A program made the translations under genes and the position numbers. This document shows, in pieces, positions 12,521 to 25,559 of a stretch of DNA of 64,000 bases; within the stretch, counting starts at the first letter, position 1; each line of letters starts with the position of its first letter. The stretch lies in NCBI RefSeq assembly GCF_009914755.1, contig NC_060933.1; one strand, written 5' to 3'. Source of the DNA: the human T2T-CHM13v2.0 reference genome, Homo sapiens. The notes beneath the pieces were generated by a model. The model did not search any database. It worked only from the letters and a program-made list of their open reading frames with translations, and was not told the origin of the DNA.

Positions 12521-12992
12521 AGATGATGCAAACTTAAAGTTTTCCAAGGTTATACAGCAAAATGGGGCCATGGCTGAAATTTAAATCTGATTAACGGCAA
12601 AGCTCCTGTTCTAAGCTGTTATATAATGCTTGCTCTTCTATTATGTTTTGGGCCATGAGAATGAATGGGAGGATGTGAATTACTGAACAAATGTAAGGGC
12701 TGAGTTGTGTATGGGGTGGGTCAGGGCAGTGGGGAACTAGAAGTTACTTACTGAAAGGTAGTTTAAAAATTCCCTTGCTTTCAATAGTATCATTGTCTGA
12801 TGATTTTCTTAATTGATGGAGGAGATTAGAGCTGGAAGACTTGAAAACATAGTGCTCTAGGGAACTCTTTCTCCTATTCTGTGATGGCTTAGCACAGAAG
12901 CTGGCAGCACAGTGCATACCAGTGAATGAGCGAGTGAATGAATGAATCAATATATAAACATGGGAGAAAGCCTGCAAAGAGAGCACACTTAC

Positions 12993-13074
12993 TACTATTG
13001 GCTGCCTGAAGTATTCATCCACTGTAGCACCCTGGAGACTGGACAGATTGACCCCATAGAAACATTGCTGGTAC
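12993..13074 (-). pseudogene. CARM1P1: CARM1-like exon, 82 nt: (W)[27 protein letters not shown] (dimerization arm)
   Basis: Acceptor ctattttag|G and donor GTA|gtaagt; matches CARM1 [27 protein letters not shown]. Confidence 0.96.
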
Positions 13075-13249
13075 CTAAAATAGCACAAAAAATCACCATG
13101 CATCTTGTCTGTCATCTGAGTCCCCAGGCCCCCCATAGCTGTTATGTGCTTCGAGGCTGCCTCATGGGTGCTCTGCGTTAGCCCTAGGGAGAATGTTTGC
13201 ACATGTGAAGGGCAGCTGGTCTATAGGGTGTGGCAGGAAATTCTCTCTA

Positions 13250-13630
<381 letters not shown>

Positions 13631-14126
13631 TTATCAAGAATGATATTTGCTGGCAGGAAGGCCTTTGAGCTCCTACCCTTGATCTCCCCTGACAGATGGC
13701 CCCCCAACTCTGTGCTGTTCTGTGCTGTCCAAGTGCTGAAATGCAGTTTCCTTGGTCCTCCCACTTTCCCAACCAAGAGCACGACTTTAGATCTCCAAAG
13801 CCGCTTGACCCTCCTGCTGTTTGAGAAAATAGATTTTCCTTCTCTGTTCTTCCCTAGCCACTGGCTGGTGCCTTCATGATGGCATTTGTTGTGATACCTG
13901 ACACCAGGCAGCAAGTCACAAGTGAGCAGAGGATGTATCAGGTGGTGATCTGGAGCCAGCTCATAACAGCTTTTCAGAGCGCACTGTGCACATTTCTTCC
14001 CAATTCTATGGTCAGTGACATCTGAACCATAGAAACTGACAAACATTACAAATCATGTCTCCACCCCTCCCCCCACCCGGAGAGCCAGATATAACGTGTT
14101 TACCAGCACACACTGGCTCTGTTTTA

Positions 14127-14206
14127 TTAGGCTGTTGCAAAAGTGATTGTGGTTTTTGCCATTAAAAGTAATAGCAAAAACCGCAATTGCTTTTGCACCA
14201 ACCTAA
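14127..14206. mobile_element. MADE1 MITE (Hsmar1/mariner-derived)
   Basis: 80-bp palindromic element ttaggctgttgcaaaag...cttttgcaccaacctaa, flanked by TA on both sides. Confidence 0.93.
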
Positions 14207-14284
14207 TACCTTTATGTATCCACTGCAATATAGACTGTGCCTGGAGCATAGCAGGTATTTCGTATCAGCTTGGCTAATGGCCTT

Positions 14285-14515
14285 GAAAATTTAGAAAAGC
14301 AATCTAGGCTATGAAATCATTCTAGTTCTGCCACTGACTAGCCGTGTGATTCAGACAAGTCATTTGAACTCTGTGCCCCAGTTTCCTTATCTCTAAAATG
14401 GACATAGTTATAAGCTTGCCTTACAGGGTTCTTATGAGGGTTAAGTGAGTTAATTTTTAAAAAGCAATTTGAATGATTCCTGGCATTTTGTTACTACTAG
14501 ATAAGTGTTAGCTAG
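14285..14515 (+). mobile_element. MIR SINE
   Basis: ctgccactgactagccgtgtga...ctgtgccccagtttccttatctctaaaatgg core. Confidence 0.8.
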
Positions 14516-15146
14516 TATGCCCTGAATGTAACCTTCTCACATCAGCACTGGGCACTAGGGAAGTGCTGTCCAATCTGACTGTGCTAAGGGTTTACTTGGG
14601 GGAAACTGTTAAGAATTCAGATTCCCAGGCCCATACTCCAGAAAGGCTTGGCAACCTTATCACTAGAGGTTGAAAGCCTGTATCCCTCATTAAGATTCCC
14701 TAATAAGGGTGTGTTGTATATGTGCTATATAGTCTGTGAATCAAATGGGAACTCAATTCATCAGTCCTCACCCACCCAAACCCAATACCCACCAGCCTAT
14801 AGGGAAAAAAGAAGAAAAACAAAACACAGAAACATGGAATAAACATAAAAAATTGGGGTGCAGTTAGATTTTGTTGAAAGGATCATTCAAAGTGAGGCTC
14901 TAAATCAAAAGTCAAAGCCTCAAATGCGCACACAGGCAGCAGTGAGGAGAGCAGCCTGGTGTTATCAGTCAGCAGCCAGTCCTCAACATGCAATCCAAAC
15001 TTGAGCCGCATTGAACACTCACACATTCTTACAGGGATTGTACCATTTCTCACCTCTGAGCTTTTGGTTGTTTTCCCCTCTACCCGGAATGCCTCTTTTC
15101 GTTTTTTGCCCTGTTAATTCCTATTTAGTCTTTAAGACTCGGCTCA

Positions 15147-15569
15147 CTCTTTGTCTGTTATTCATGTACAGGAATGCTTGTGATTTTTGCACATTGATTT
15201 TGTTCCTGAGACTTTGCTGAAGTTGCTTATCAGCTTAAGGAGACTTTGGGCTGAAACGATGGGGTTTTCTAAATATACAATCATGTCATCTGCAAAAAGA
15301 GACAATTTGACGTCCTCTTTTCCTAATTGAATACTCTTTATTTCTTTCTCTTGCCTGATTGCCCTGGCCAGAACTTCCAATACTATGTTGAATAGGAGTG
15401 GTGAGAAAGGGCATTCTTGTCTTGTGCCAGTTTTCAAAGGGAATGGCCCATTCGGTATGGCATTGGCTGTGGGTTTGTCATAAATCTCTCTTAATATTTT
15501 GAGATACGTTCCACCAATACAAAGTTTATTAAGAGTTTTTAGCATGAAGGGCTGTTGAATTTTGTCAAA
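15147..15569 (-). mobile_element. Inverted 5' segment of L1PA (ORF2 RT region, LFADDMIVY)
   Basis: ORF 15162..15545 matches L1 ORF2 RT; abuts the left TSD. Confidence 0.95.
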
Positions 15570-17340
15570 CTCCCATTCATAATTGCTACAAAGAGAATAA
15601 AATACCTAGGAATACAACTTATAAGGGATGTGAAGGACCTCTTCAAGGAGAACAACAAACCTCTGCTCAAGGAGATAAGAGAGGACACAAACAAATGGAA
15701 AAACATTCCATGCTCACGGATAGGAAAAGTCAATATCGTGAAAATGGCCATGGTGCCAAAAGTAATTTATAGACTCAGTGCTATCCCCATCAAACTACCA
15801 TTGACTTTCTTCACAGAACTGGAAAAAAACTACTTTAAATTTCATATGGAACCAAAAAGGAGCCCACATAGCCAAGACAATCATAAGCAAAAAGAACAAA
15901 GCTGGGGACATCATGTTACCTGACTTCAAACTATACTACAAGGCTACAGTAACCAAAACAGCATGGTACTGGCACCAAAACAGACATATAGACCAATGGA
16001 ACAGAACAGAGGCCTCAGAAATAACATCACACGTCTACAACTATCTGATCTTTGACAAACCTGACAAAAACAAGCAATGGGGAAAGGATTCCCTATTTAA
16101 TAAATGTTGAGAAAACTGGCTAGCCATATGCATAAAGCTGAAACTGGATCCCTTCCTTACACCTTACGTGAAAATTAACTCAAGATGGATTAAAGACTTA
16201 AACATAAGACCTAAAACCATAACAATCCTAGAAGAAAACCTAGGCAATACCATTCAGGACATAAGCATGGGCAAAGACTTCATGACTAAAACACCAAAAG
16301 CAATTGCAACAAAAGTCAAAATTGACAAATGGGATCTAATTAAACTAAAGAGCTTCTGCACAGCAAATGAAACTATCATCAGAGTGAACAGGCTACCTAC
16401 AGAATGGAAGAAAATTTTTGCAATCTATCCATCTGACAAAGGGCTAATATTCAGAATCTACAAAGAACTTAAATAAATTTACAAGAAAAAAAAAACAACC
16501 CCATCAAAAAGTGGGTGAAGGATCTGAACAGACACTTCTCAAAAGAAGACATTTATGCAGCCAACAAACATATGAAAAAAAGCTCATCATCACTGGTCAC
16601 TAGAGAAATGCAAATCAATAACACAATGAGATACTATCTCATGCCAGTTAGAATGGTGATCATTAAAAAGTCAGGAAACAACAGATGATGGAGAGGATGT
16701 GGAGAAACAGAAATGCTTTTACACTATTGGTGGGAGTGTAAATTGGTTCAAACATTGTGGAAGACAGTATTGTGATTCCTCAAGGATCTAGAACTACAAA
16801 TACCATTTGACCCAGCAATCCCATTACTGGGTATATACCCAAAAGATTATAAACCATTCTACTCTAAAGACACGTGCACATGCATGTTTATTGTGGCACT
16901 GTTCACAACAGCAAAGACTTGGAACTGACCCAAATGCCCATCAATGATAGACTAGATAAAGAAAATGTGACACATATACACCATGGAATACTATGCATCC
17001 ATAAAAAAGGATGAATTCATGTCCTTTGCAGGGACATGGATGAAGCTGGAAACCATCATTCTCAGCAAACTAACACAAGAACAGAAAACAAAACACCGCA
17101 TGTTCTCATAAGTGCGAGCTGGACAATGAGAACACATGGACACAGGGAGGAGAACATCACACACAGGAGCCTGTCAGGGAGTGGGAGGTAGGGGGAGGGA
17201 TAGCATTAGGAGAAATATCTAATGTAGATGATGGGGGTTGATGGGTGCAGCAAATCACCATGGCACATGTATACCTATGTAACAAACCTGCATGTTCTGC
17301 ACATGTACCTCAGAACTTAAAGTATAATAATAATAAAAAA
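15568..17340 (+). mobile_element. L1PA (about L1PA6-8) ORF2 3' part, 3'UTR and A-tail; disrupted
   Basis: [32 protein letters not shown]; 3'UTR ending ...gaacttaaagtataataataataaaaaa; TSD aagactcggctca / aagactgtgctca. Confidence 0.96.
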
Positions 17341-17881
17341 AGACTGTGCTCAAATATGTCCATTTAAGAATGCAAAACCTTGTGTTACGATTAAGTATCT
17401 ATGCTTCATTCACTTAAAAGCAGAAGAATTTTCTTATTCATCAGTGTATACTTAACACTTAGCATGGGGCCAGGAATATTGTTAGGGTGAAAAAGATCTG
17501 TCTACATTTATTTATTTAATGAATAAATTAATCAGTGAGGGAACTGGAGGGCTTGGTACTCTAAAGGGCCCTATATGTGGGTGCAGGCATCAACAACAAC
17601 GAAGAGGAAATGGGAAAAGTCATTTGTCCATGTTTCTTCAGCTTCATCACTCAATTCCTAATCTTCTGCTTCTACCAAGGGCCAGAGCCAAGATATCTCA
17701 CTGGTAAAGCCAAATAGTGCTTCACATCATTTTATTAATACATATATTGAAAACAAGCCTCTATAATCCTAGAAAATGTTTGGAAATAGAACACTGTAGA
17801 TTTAAATGGCTTTTTTTTTTAAACAGTTAGAATGAGAATGGGAGTGTTTTGGGGAAATAATCATGTCACAACAGCCTATTA

Positions 17882-17936
17882 TTAGGTTAATGCAAAAGGA
17901 GTTGCAGTTTTTGCCATTACTTTTGCACCAAACTTA
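17882..17936. mobile_element. Internally deleted MADE1
   Basis: ttaggttaatgcaaaag...ttttgccattacttttgcacc. Confidence 0.75.
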
Positions 17937-19389
17937 CATTTGAAGGAGGGAGGGAGAAAAGGAGAAATGAAGGAAAGAATGAAGGGAGGAGAGGGAGGGG
18001 GAAAAGGAGGGAGAAACCGAAAGAAAATTTTTCACTAGCTGAGAAAACTATGGTTTTTAGAATTTATTGGAAAATTTTTAAAAAGGGCTGATGCCTCTGA
18101 ATTGTGATGCATTTGATCTAGGGATAACCCCAGTGCCTGTTTATTTCCACAGCTAAACAGGTGATTCTAAAGTGCAACCAGGGTTGGGTACTAAGTTAGT
18201 TGTTCTAGATTCTTGGCCAAGTAGATTCTTGGCCCAAAAGATTCTTGGCCATAAAGAAAACCCCAAGGGCAAAGATAGTCCTCCACGTGGCATGACTGAG
18301 TTGAAAACTTCTCTCTATCCACTGAAAACCACCTCAGCTCTCAAAGAGGATGGTGCGTCTGTGCCATTTGCTTTGCATGTTCAGTACCAATTAAAACCCA
18401 GCAGCCACAAACAGTGTGGTGCAGATGGGCACCATTTCTGGGGCAGATGGAAAGCTGTGGGCAAAGAGCCCACCGCCTGGGTTTTTAAAAAATTTCTGGC
18501 TGGACCATATTTCATATTTCTAATTCTTAGAAATTTTAAATATCCTTCTGCAATGCATCATAAAATAATTAAAGCAGATAAAATCTGGCATCTCTCTGGG
18601 TCTCCTGAGATACATTGTGTGTGTCAGGGGGTTGGGGAGATTGATCAGGCAACTAATCTGTTGAATGGGGAGCTAGGGATAGTTTCCATTGTTTTCATCA
18701 GCTGTGGCTTCTATTTTCTAAGTTAATTTAGGGTGTCTTTATGAGCACATAAGAGAAAGAGTCTGGGTGTTTTTTCTCCTGAGCTCATATTCCCGTTTCC
18801 TACCATTCTTCACGTGGGAAATCCTTCACATTTACCAACACTACAAGTATAATGCATGCAACATCTGGAAAGGCCTGAAAATACAGTTCATATAAATCGG
18901 ACACTTTAAGAAGAATCTTTTGTCTTTATCCTATTCTGACAAAAAAAATGCTACTCATCCCCATTAAGAAGTTTTCTTCCTTTGAAAAAAGAGAAGAAGG
19001 AAGGTAGAAAGATAAATGAGAGAGAGAGAGAGAGAAGTGGGATGGTGTTGGGGGTGCGGAATCCAGGTTGTGCTGTTTGACAGTTAAGCAACTTTTGTGT
19101 CTTAATGTGCTGTGCTCTACCAGAATTAACAGCCAAGGGGACACTAACCTGATGGGAGACATATGTAACTCCAGGAACGAGGAAACAAAAGCAAGGATTC
19201 AAAAATGTCGCTATAGCCACAAAGGATGTTGAGAATGTGGCATAACAGTACTGTTGGTAGTTGCTAGCAGGAGAAGGGTGTGTGTCTAGGAATAAATTGA
19301 ATCTTTGATTTCTTATATGTTCCTTATATACAGCAGGACTTGAGGCTTGCTTGTTTTTGACAAATTTCTTTTAAAATTAAATTCTATGT

Positions 19390-20545
19390 GGTTATTTTAT
19401 GTGTTAATTGTAGCAAAAACACTTATAAAATCTACTCTCTTACCAAATCTTTGAGTTAGGGTACATTATTTTTGACTATAGATACAATGTTGTACAGCAG
19501 AGCTCTACTTATTTATCTTGCTTGACTAAAACTTTATGCTCATTGAATAGTAATGCTCCATGTTTCCCCCAGCTGCTGGTAATCACCATTCCACTCTTTG
19601 AGTCTATAAACTTGACTATTTTAAATACCTCATACACATGGGATCAAGCAGTAGTTGTCTTTCTGCGACTGGCTTATTTCATTTAGCATAACGTCCTCAA
19701 GGTTCATCTATATTATCACACATTGCAGACATGTTGTCACGTTCTGCCTTCTGTTTTTAATATTTGACAATGCTTCCTGTATGATTGTATTTTTTAATTT
19801 TCATTTTAGGTTTGGAGGTACATATGAATGTTCGTTACATAGGTAGACTCAAGTCGTGTTTGTTGTCCAGATTATTTGATCACTTGTGAATTAAGTGCAG
19901 TAGCCAATAGTTATCTTTTCTGCTCCTCTCCCCACAGCCCTCCACCCTCAAGTAGACCCCAGTGTCGGTCGTTTCCTTCTTTGTGTTCATCAGTTCTCAT
20001 CATTTAGCTCCCACTTATAAGTGAGAACATGCAGTATTTGGTTTCCTGTTCCTGCATTAGTTTACTAAGGATAATACCCTCTAGCTCCATCCATATTCCC
20101 ACAAAACACATGACCTCATTCTTTTTCACGGCTGCATCTGCCTTCTTTTTAAGGCAAAATATATTCTACTGTATGTATATACCACATTTTTTAAATCCAT
20201 TCATCTGTTGATGGACACTTAGATTGTTTCCATATCTTGGCAATTGTGAATAGCGCTACAATGAATATAGGAGTACTAACATCTATTAAAGATCCTGATT
20301 TCAATTCTTTTAGATAAATACCCCAAAGTGGGATTGCTGAATCATATGGTAGTTTTATTTTTAAATTTTTGAATAACCTACATATACTTTTTCACAGCAG
20401 CTGTATAATTTTTCATTCCTGTTAACAATGTACGAGGGTTCCAATTTCTCCACATACTCACCAACACTTGTCTTATTTTTTTCAATAATAGCCATCCTGA
20501 AAGGTGTGAGCTGATCCCTCACTGTAATTTTGATTTGATACAATT
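19390..20545 (-). mobile_element. L1MA/MB 3' fragment with a nested younger L1PA 3' end (about 19790-20137)
   Basis: Minus-strand L1 3'UTR motifs; the nested piece is bracketed by ctgccttct(g)tttttaa repeats. Confidence 0.85.
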
Positions 20546-22489
20546 TTCCACCCCAGCAGAATGCAGGCATATCAACCACTGTGGAAAGTGGTATCTGTGC
20601 AAAGATGCATGCTCGTTATGTCTCTGATTTTACTGGTTTAAACACCAGCAAAGTAGCGTGGCTTGTATTTTCCTTACGCTATGGTTAGATATTTTTCGTA
20701 TTTGTAATAGTTTTTTTTTTGCTTTTTTAAGTATAAATGAGAGGGGAAACAGGTGCACTTCAGACCATGGTTCTTTGGCAAAAAGTAAGGGAAAGTCTGT
20801 GATTCTGTAAAGAAATCTGTGGAGCATTCCCACGTGTGTCAAGCTAAGACTAGATATTATAGTGGTTGGCCTAAGAATTGGACCTGTGAAAGCCATATCG
20901 GAGGGAAGAGTGAATCAGTCAAGGCGACTATGATGGCTATCTCATGTCTGTTCTACCTGGTGAATGGCTGCCTTTACAGTAACAGCACCAGATTTTCTTC
21001 TGTGAGGCATCTCTTTCTTACTCACAGTTCTTGTGGTTTAGGTGGTCTTGACTATGCTTTCGACATGCGGCTCAGTCTCAGCCAATAACAGCGTCTTATC
21101 ACCCTAGCCTTGGTGACAGACTTAGGGTTAAGCACGTGACCCGGTGAGAGTCAAGCCTATGACTTTTGTTTAAACTGTGGCAAAGGAGAAGTGGGGATGG
21201 AGCTATGAGTCTATAAATCTGGATTCTCTAGAAAACACATTGCTGCCATGAGGGAAAAGCTACCTAAGAATGGAGCCAAGCTGAGTGATAGAAAGAGACC
21301 AGAATCCAATATAAGTGCCTTGAAATCCATTTGTGTCTGAGAAGCTGAATCTGTCCTTAGACTTTTCAGATACATTAGTCAGAAATATTCTTTTTTCTTA
21401 AGCGACTTTTTGTGGGACTTTTGGCCACTTAAAACAAAAACGTCTTAATTGAAAAAAATTAATGGGTCTTTAGGTACTGTACTATATACACATAATTCTG
21501 AGAGAATAGCTTTGCCTGGTTCAGTGAAGTCCTAATTCTACCAGGACTGAACTAAATTTTGTAACACATAATTGGGCCAGGGGATGGGAATACTGCATAT
21601 CCCTGACAACACAAGTCAGGATATGTAGAAGAGGCATGAGCTTGATAGAGGCAGAATATTATAAAAGAGCCATGAGTTTGACAAACGTTATGAAACAAGA
21701 TAAATACAGAAATCAAGGCTTATCCTAAGAGCATAAGCCAGATGAGTTCAAGAGCTGCAGATATAAACAGAGATACAGAGGATATATCAAGAATGAGTAC
21801 TAGGTAATTGAAAGAGGATTAGAGACTAAGAAATCACTGAAATATGAATGGGATAAGGACAGGGGCACATGAAAATACTGACAGGATTTTTTGGTTATGG
21901 TAATATTCCTACATAAGTTCTTTCTCTGTGATGCTTTGCGCTGTTTACTTGGCTTCTGAAAAAAATTTGGTTATCTCGTATGCTAATTTGAAATATTTTT
22001 ATTTGATCTACATAGTATTTCTATGAACTAGTGACCATCAGGGTCAAATATACTTTTGGGAATGACCAGAAGGCCTAAAACTCTAATTATGCAAAAGAAA
22101 CTTTAGTGGGAAATTTAGGTTAGTGCATAATTAGGCTAGGAACAAATCGTTCATTAACTTCACAGTAGAATTCAGCAGCTTGTCCACTCAGTAGAATGGA
22201 TTTCTTTACAAATAATGTTTCTCAGTAGTACCATGGGCAACAAGGTATTTAGTGGACTCAGAGTAGAAAGGAGCAAAAAGGGAGCTCTCATTGCCTATGG
22301 CAATATTCTACCTACATTTATCTTCCCTCATCCTTTGCAAGCACAGACCTCCGATTTCTGTAAAAAACAATTGACTACAGGCCATTCACCGCTGGGATCC
22401 CTGATATCACTCAATTGGCTCTGCTCTGGTCAAGCATGATAGATGCATACTATCCATGCATAATACTCTGACAAGGGAACTGGAAAATA

Positions 22490-22901
22490 TCGTTTGGTGC
22501 CTTAGGTGGTACATCACCTTTTAAGTGCCATCCCAGATCTTTCTTACCTGTCTCTGGAATCCTCAGCCACGTGTTCTGCACCAGCTATGCCAAAGGATGG
22601 GCTCCTCTGACCTCACATGGGCACGGTGCCACAATGTCTCACCCCAGGCCTGCACAGTGTGCCTCTCTCCTCCTGCCCTGGGGCATCCCTGTTAACTTTG
22701 GGTATGAGACGCCATAAGACCCAGAAGGGCTAGTTAATGTTGGCAGGATGGGTATTTGATAAATGAGGAGATAAAAGCCAGTGTATAAATTCGTTTATCT
22801 GCCGTATAAACTGTCCTGGATGTAGTTCATTTGATCTTTTGAAGATGGTCCTGAGAGAGCCAGCAATCCCGTTTAATACTACCTGATGGTCAGCATGGTA
22901 A
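22490..22901 (+). mobile_element. LTR16-like ERVL LTR, 5' part (continues at 25146-25260)
   Basis: Joined across the MER52 it reads cagcatgg(t/a)aatgcacattt...cttaataaa, similar to the LTR16 ataacgcacc...aataaa region. Confidence 0.55.
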
Positions 22902-25145
22902 CGATGGCAGCGGCAGCCTGTGCGAAGCAGCCGCTGCCATGACGCCGGCTGCAGTGGGGTACAGGAGTAGGTCGCGGGTCCTCAGGTACAGACTCTGAGG
23001 TGTGCAGCCCCTGGAGCCTGCACCTAGGAGCGCCCCCGGAACCTGCTGCCCTGAGAACTCACCCCTGGGAGCCCCGGGAATAGGGCTGGGCCCAGCCACC
23101 CCCTGGAGGGAGAGTAGGGAGGTGAGGCACAGAAAATGGGCAGAGAGGGTCCCCAAGACAGAACTGGGCCCAGGGCGGTGCCGCGCTTGCACGCGGAGCA
23201 TGGGGGCCGGGCCCGAGACATGGAACTGGGGCCCCGCTTCAGGGGCCCAGGGCAAGAAGTGGGAGCGGCACCCACTTCGAGGACCTGCCCAGTGGCATGA
23301 CCACTGCGCCCAACCCGCCGATGGCGCCAAGTTCCTGCGCCTCAGGAAGAGGCTCCGTATGGGGCCGCCTGAGGCCGTATCCCCAGGACCTGCCCCACAT
23401 TAAGGTGACCGCTAAGCCAGACAATCCTGATGGTGAGGCCCCGTGCCTGCCATCTGCTCCTGGAGACGCCCCCCAACCCCAGGCATGGCCGTCAGCCGGC
23501 GAGGCGGTACTGAGGCAGGGGGCGCGTCCTGGTCATTGGAGAGTTTCAGCCCAGTGGGTGAACCAGACACACTGTTCAAGGGGGCAGCGGTTAGTAAGCA
23601 GGACGAGGGGGAGCCCCAGGCCGCAGGGAGAACTCGTGACAACGTCACCCCTGCCCCAGTCGTAGGCCCGGGCCCAGTGAGGACATGAAGCCCCCGCCTC
23701 AGGCTGCAAGGAGGCGCCACCAGGGCTGCAAGCTCCACGGAGCTGGTGGGACCTGGAGACAGGCGAGAGCCCCGCCCCTTCCAATTTGGAGCAAGAGCTT
23801 CTAGGGTGCAGCTGCAGCCGCTGCAGGGTGGCTGCAGACCCAGGCATCTCTGCGCTCTTGGGGGCCCAGGAGGATCCGCTTGCCCCCAGCAGGCTGGGAA
23901 GTTCCTGCTGCTGCTGCCTGGCCTCTCCCTGCTGTTGGTGTCCACTTTGATCTTGGAGCTAAGTTGGGGCCGAGTCCAGGCGGTGTTGCAGTCTGGATAG
24001 GTGTGCACACGATTGCGGCAGTGTTAACACACCAGCCCCCTGCCACCTCGACCTCCTCTAGACTTTGGGCTCTGACAAACATGAAAGGGAGGCTTAGGGG
24101 TGGCTGAGGACAGCCCAGCACTGGCCTGCAGGCGCCCCTTGGCATGAAGGCATGGACAGTGGCTGGAGGCAGACAGGCTCCTGGGCAGAAGGGGACGGGT
24201 CCCTGGTGAAGCCTCACCTTCAAGCCAGGGAGGGCCTGAAACCTGAGGGCTGGGCCGCCAGTCACCCTGACCTGAGGGGAACTTGTGGTGCCTTCCCCTG
24301 GGTGGGCCCATAGCCACCTGTGGACCAATCAGCACGCACTTCCTCCCCTTTGAGTCCCGTAAAAACCTGGGATTCAGCCAGACTCAAAGGGAGGACGGAG
24401 AGACAACTGGATGAACAGCTGCAGAGAGGAGCTACCCTCTCTGCTAAGAGCTTAACCCTCTTCCGGACACCCTGGCTACAGAGAGGAGCTACCCACTGTG
24501 GGTCTCCTCTGAGCTGTTCTTTTGCTCAATAAAGCTCCTCTTCGTTTTGCTCACCCTCCACTTGTCTGAATACCTCATTCTTCCTGTATGCAGGACAAGA
24601 ACTCAGGACTCGCCATCCAGGGCTAAAAGAGCCGTGATACAAACATGGCTGAAACACACCCTTTGCTCTCCATTTTGCAGGCAAAAAGAAGAGGAGGGCT
24701 GCAGCCCTTCGGGGATCCCAGACCTGGGAGCTCCTTGAGCCAGGTCTGTGACTCTCTCTTTGGGGCCCTGCAGTTCCTGGAAGGCTCTAAGCTTCTGGGC
24801 ACTACTGTGTTCCCCAGTGCCAGCCGTGGAAGCTGACTGTAGTGCACCTGGTCCAGCTGTGGCCTTGCAGGGAGCCGGTGCCAGTGCTGGCACCTGGAGC
24901 TGCCTGTCCGGCAGCAGCAGTTGGCATGCCTGGCTATGCGCAGAGACCAGACCCCATGCTTGCTCACACACCCCTTGCCACTCCGCACCTGGCTTGCCCT
25001 TGGCATCCTGGGATCCAGGCTGGTAGTGTGAGCCGAATGCAGCCTGCCAGGCTGAGTAGGCAGAACCAAGCTAAACTCAGTCAAAGGTGCCACTGGCCAC
25101 AGAGGTTTCTGGCTGGCGAAGCAACACCCCAAAGATCTCATAATT
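22902..25145 (+). mobile_element. MER52-family ERV1 solo LTR (long, MER52D-like), GC/CpG-rich
   Basis: Starts gatggcagcggc...ccgctgccatgacgccggctgcag; CCAAT at 24325, AATAAA at 24528-24533; ends ccacagaggtttctggctggcgaagcaacacccc; 4-bp TSD gtaa/ataa. Confidence 0.88.
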
Positions 25146-25266
25146 ATAATGCACATTTGCACCAGCACTCCCCTCATTCCCTGCCTCATTCTTCTTTCTC
25201 CCAATTCTTGTTTCACTAGAAATACACTTCTTAATAAAGTTGTAGTATATAAGCTTCACCTATATA

Positions 25267-25522
25267 CACTGTTGCCCAGGCTGGAGTGCAGTGGTGCCAT
25301 CTCGGCTCACTTCAACCTCCGTCTCCCAGGTTCAAGTGATTCTCTCTGCCTCAGCCTCCCAAGTAGCTGGTACTAGAGGTGGCTGCCACCACACCCAGCT
25401 AATTTTTGTCAGTAGAGACAGGGTTTCACCACGTTGGCCAGCCTGGTCTCAAACTCCTGAGAGCCACCCACCTTGGCCTCCCAAAGTGCTGGGATTACAG
25501 GCGTGAGCCATTGCACCGAGCC
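25267..25522 (-). mobile_element. AluS lacking its A-tail
   Basis: Alu body without poly(T) on the left side. Confidence 0.92.
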
Positions 25523-25559
25523 TTTCATCACAATTTCTAATGGTCTTGCTGATGGTTAA

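Noticed and set aside
15162-16476. L1 ORF2 reading frames as a functional CDS
   Set aside because: 5'-truncated, inverted, and broken by stops and frameshifts
18172-18726. 184-aa plus-strand ORF
   Set aside because: GTG start inside a MER5-like repeat; no domain similarity or splice support
22890-25219. Cluster of long overlapping ORFs (up to 198 aa) on both strands
   Set aside because: By-product of GC-rich MER52 LTR sequence; no recognisable protein motifs
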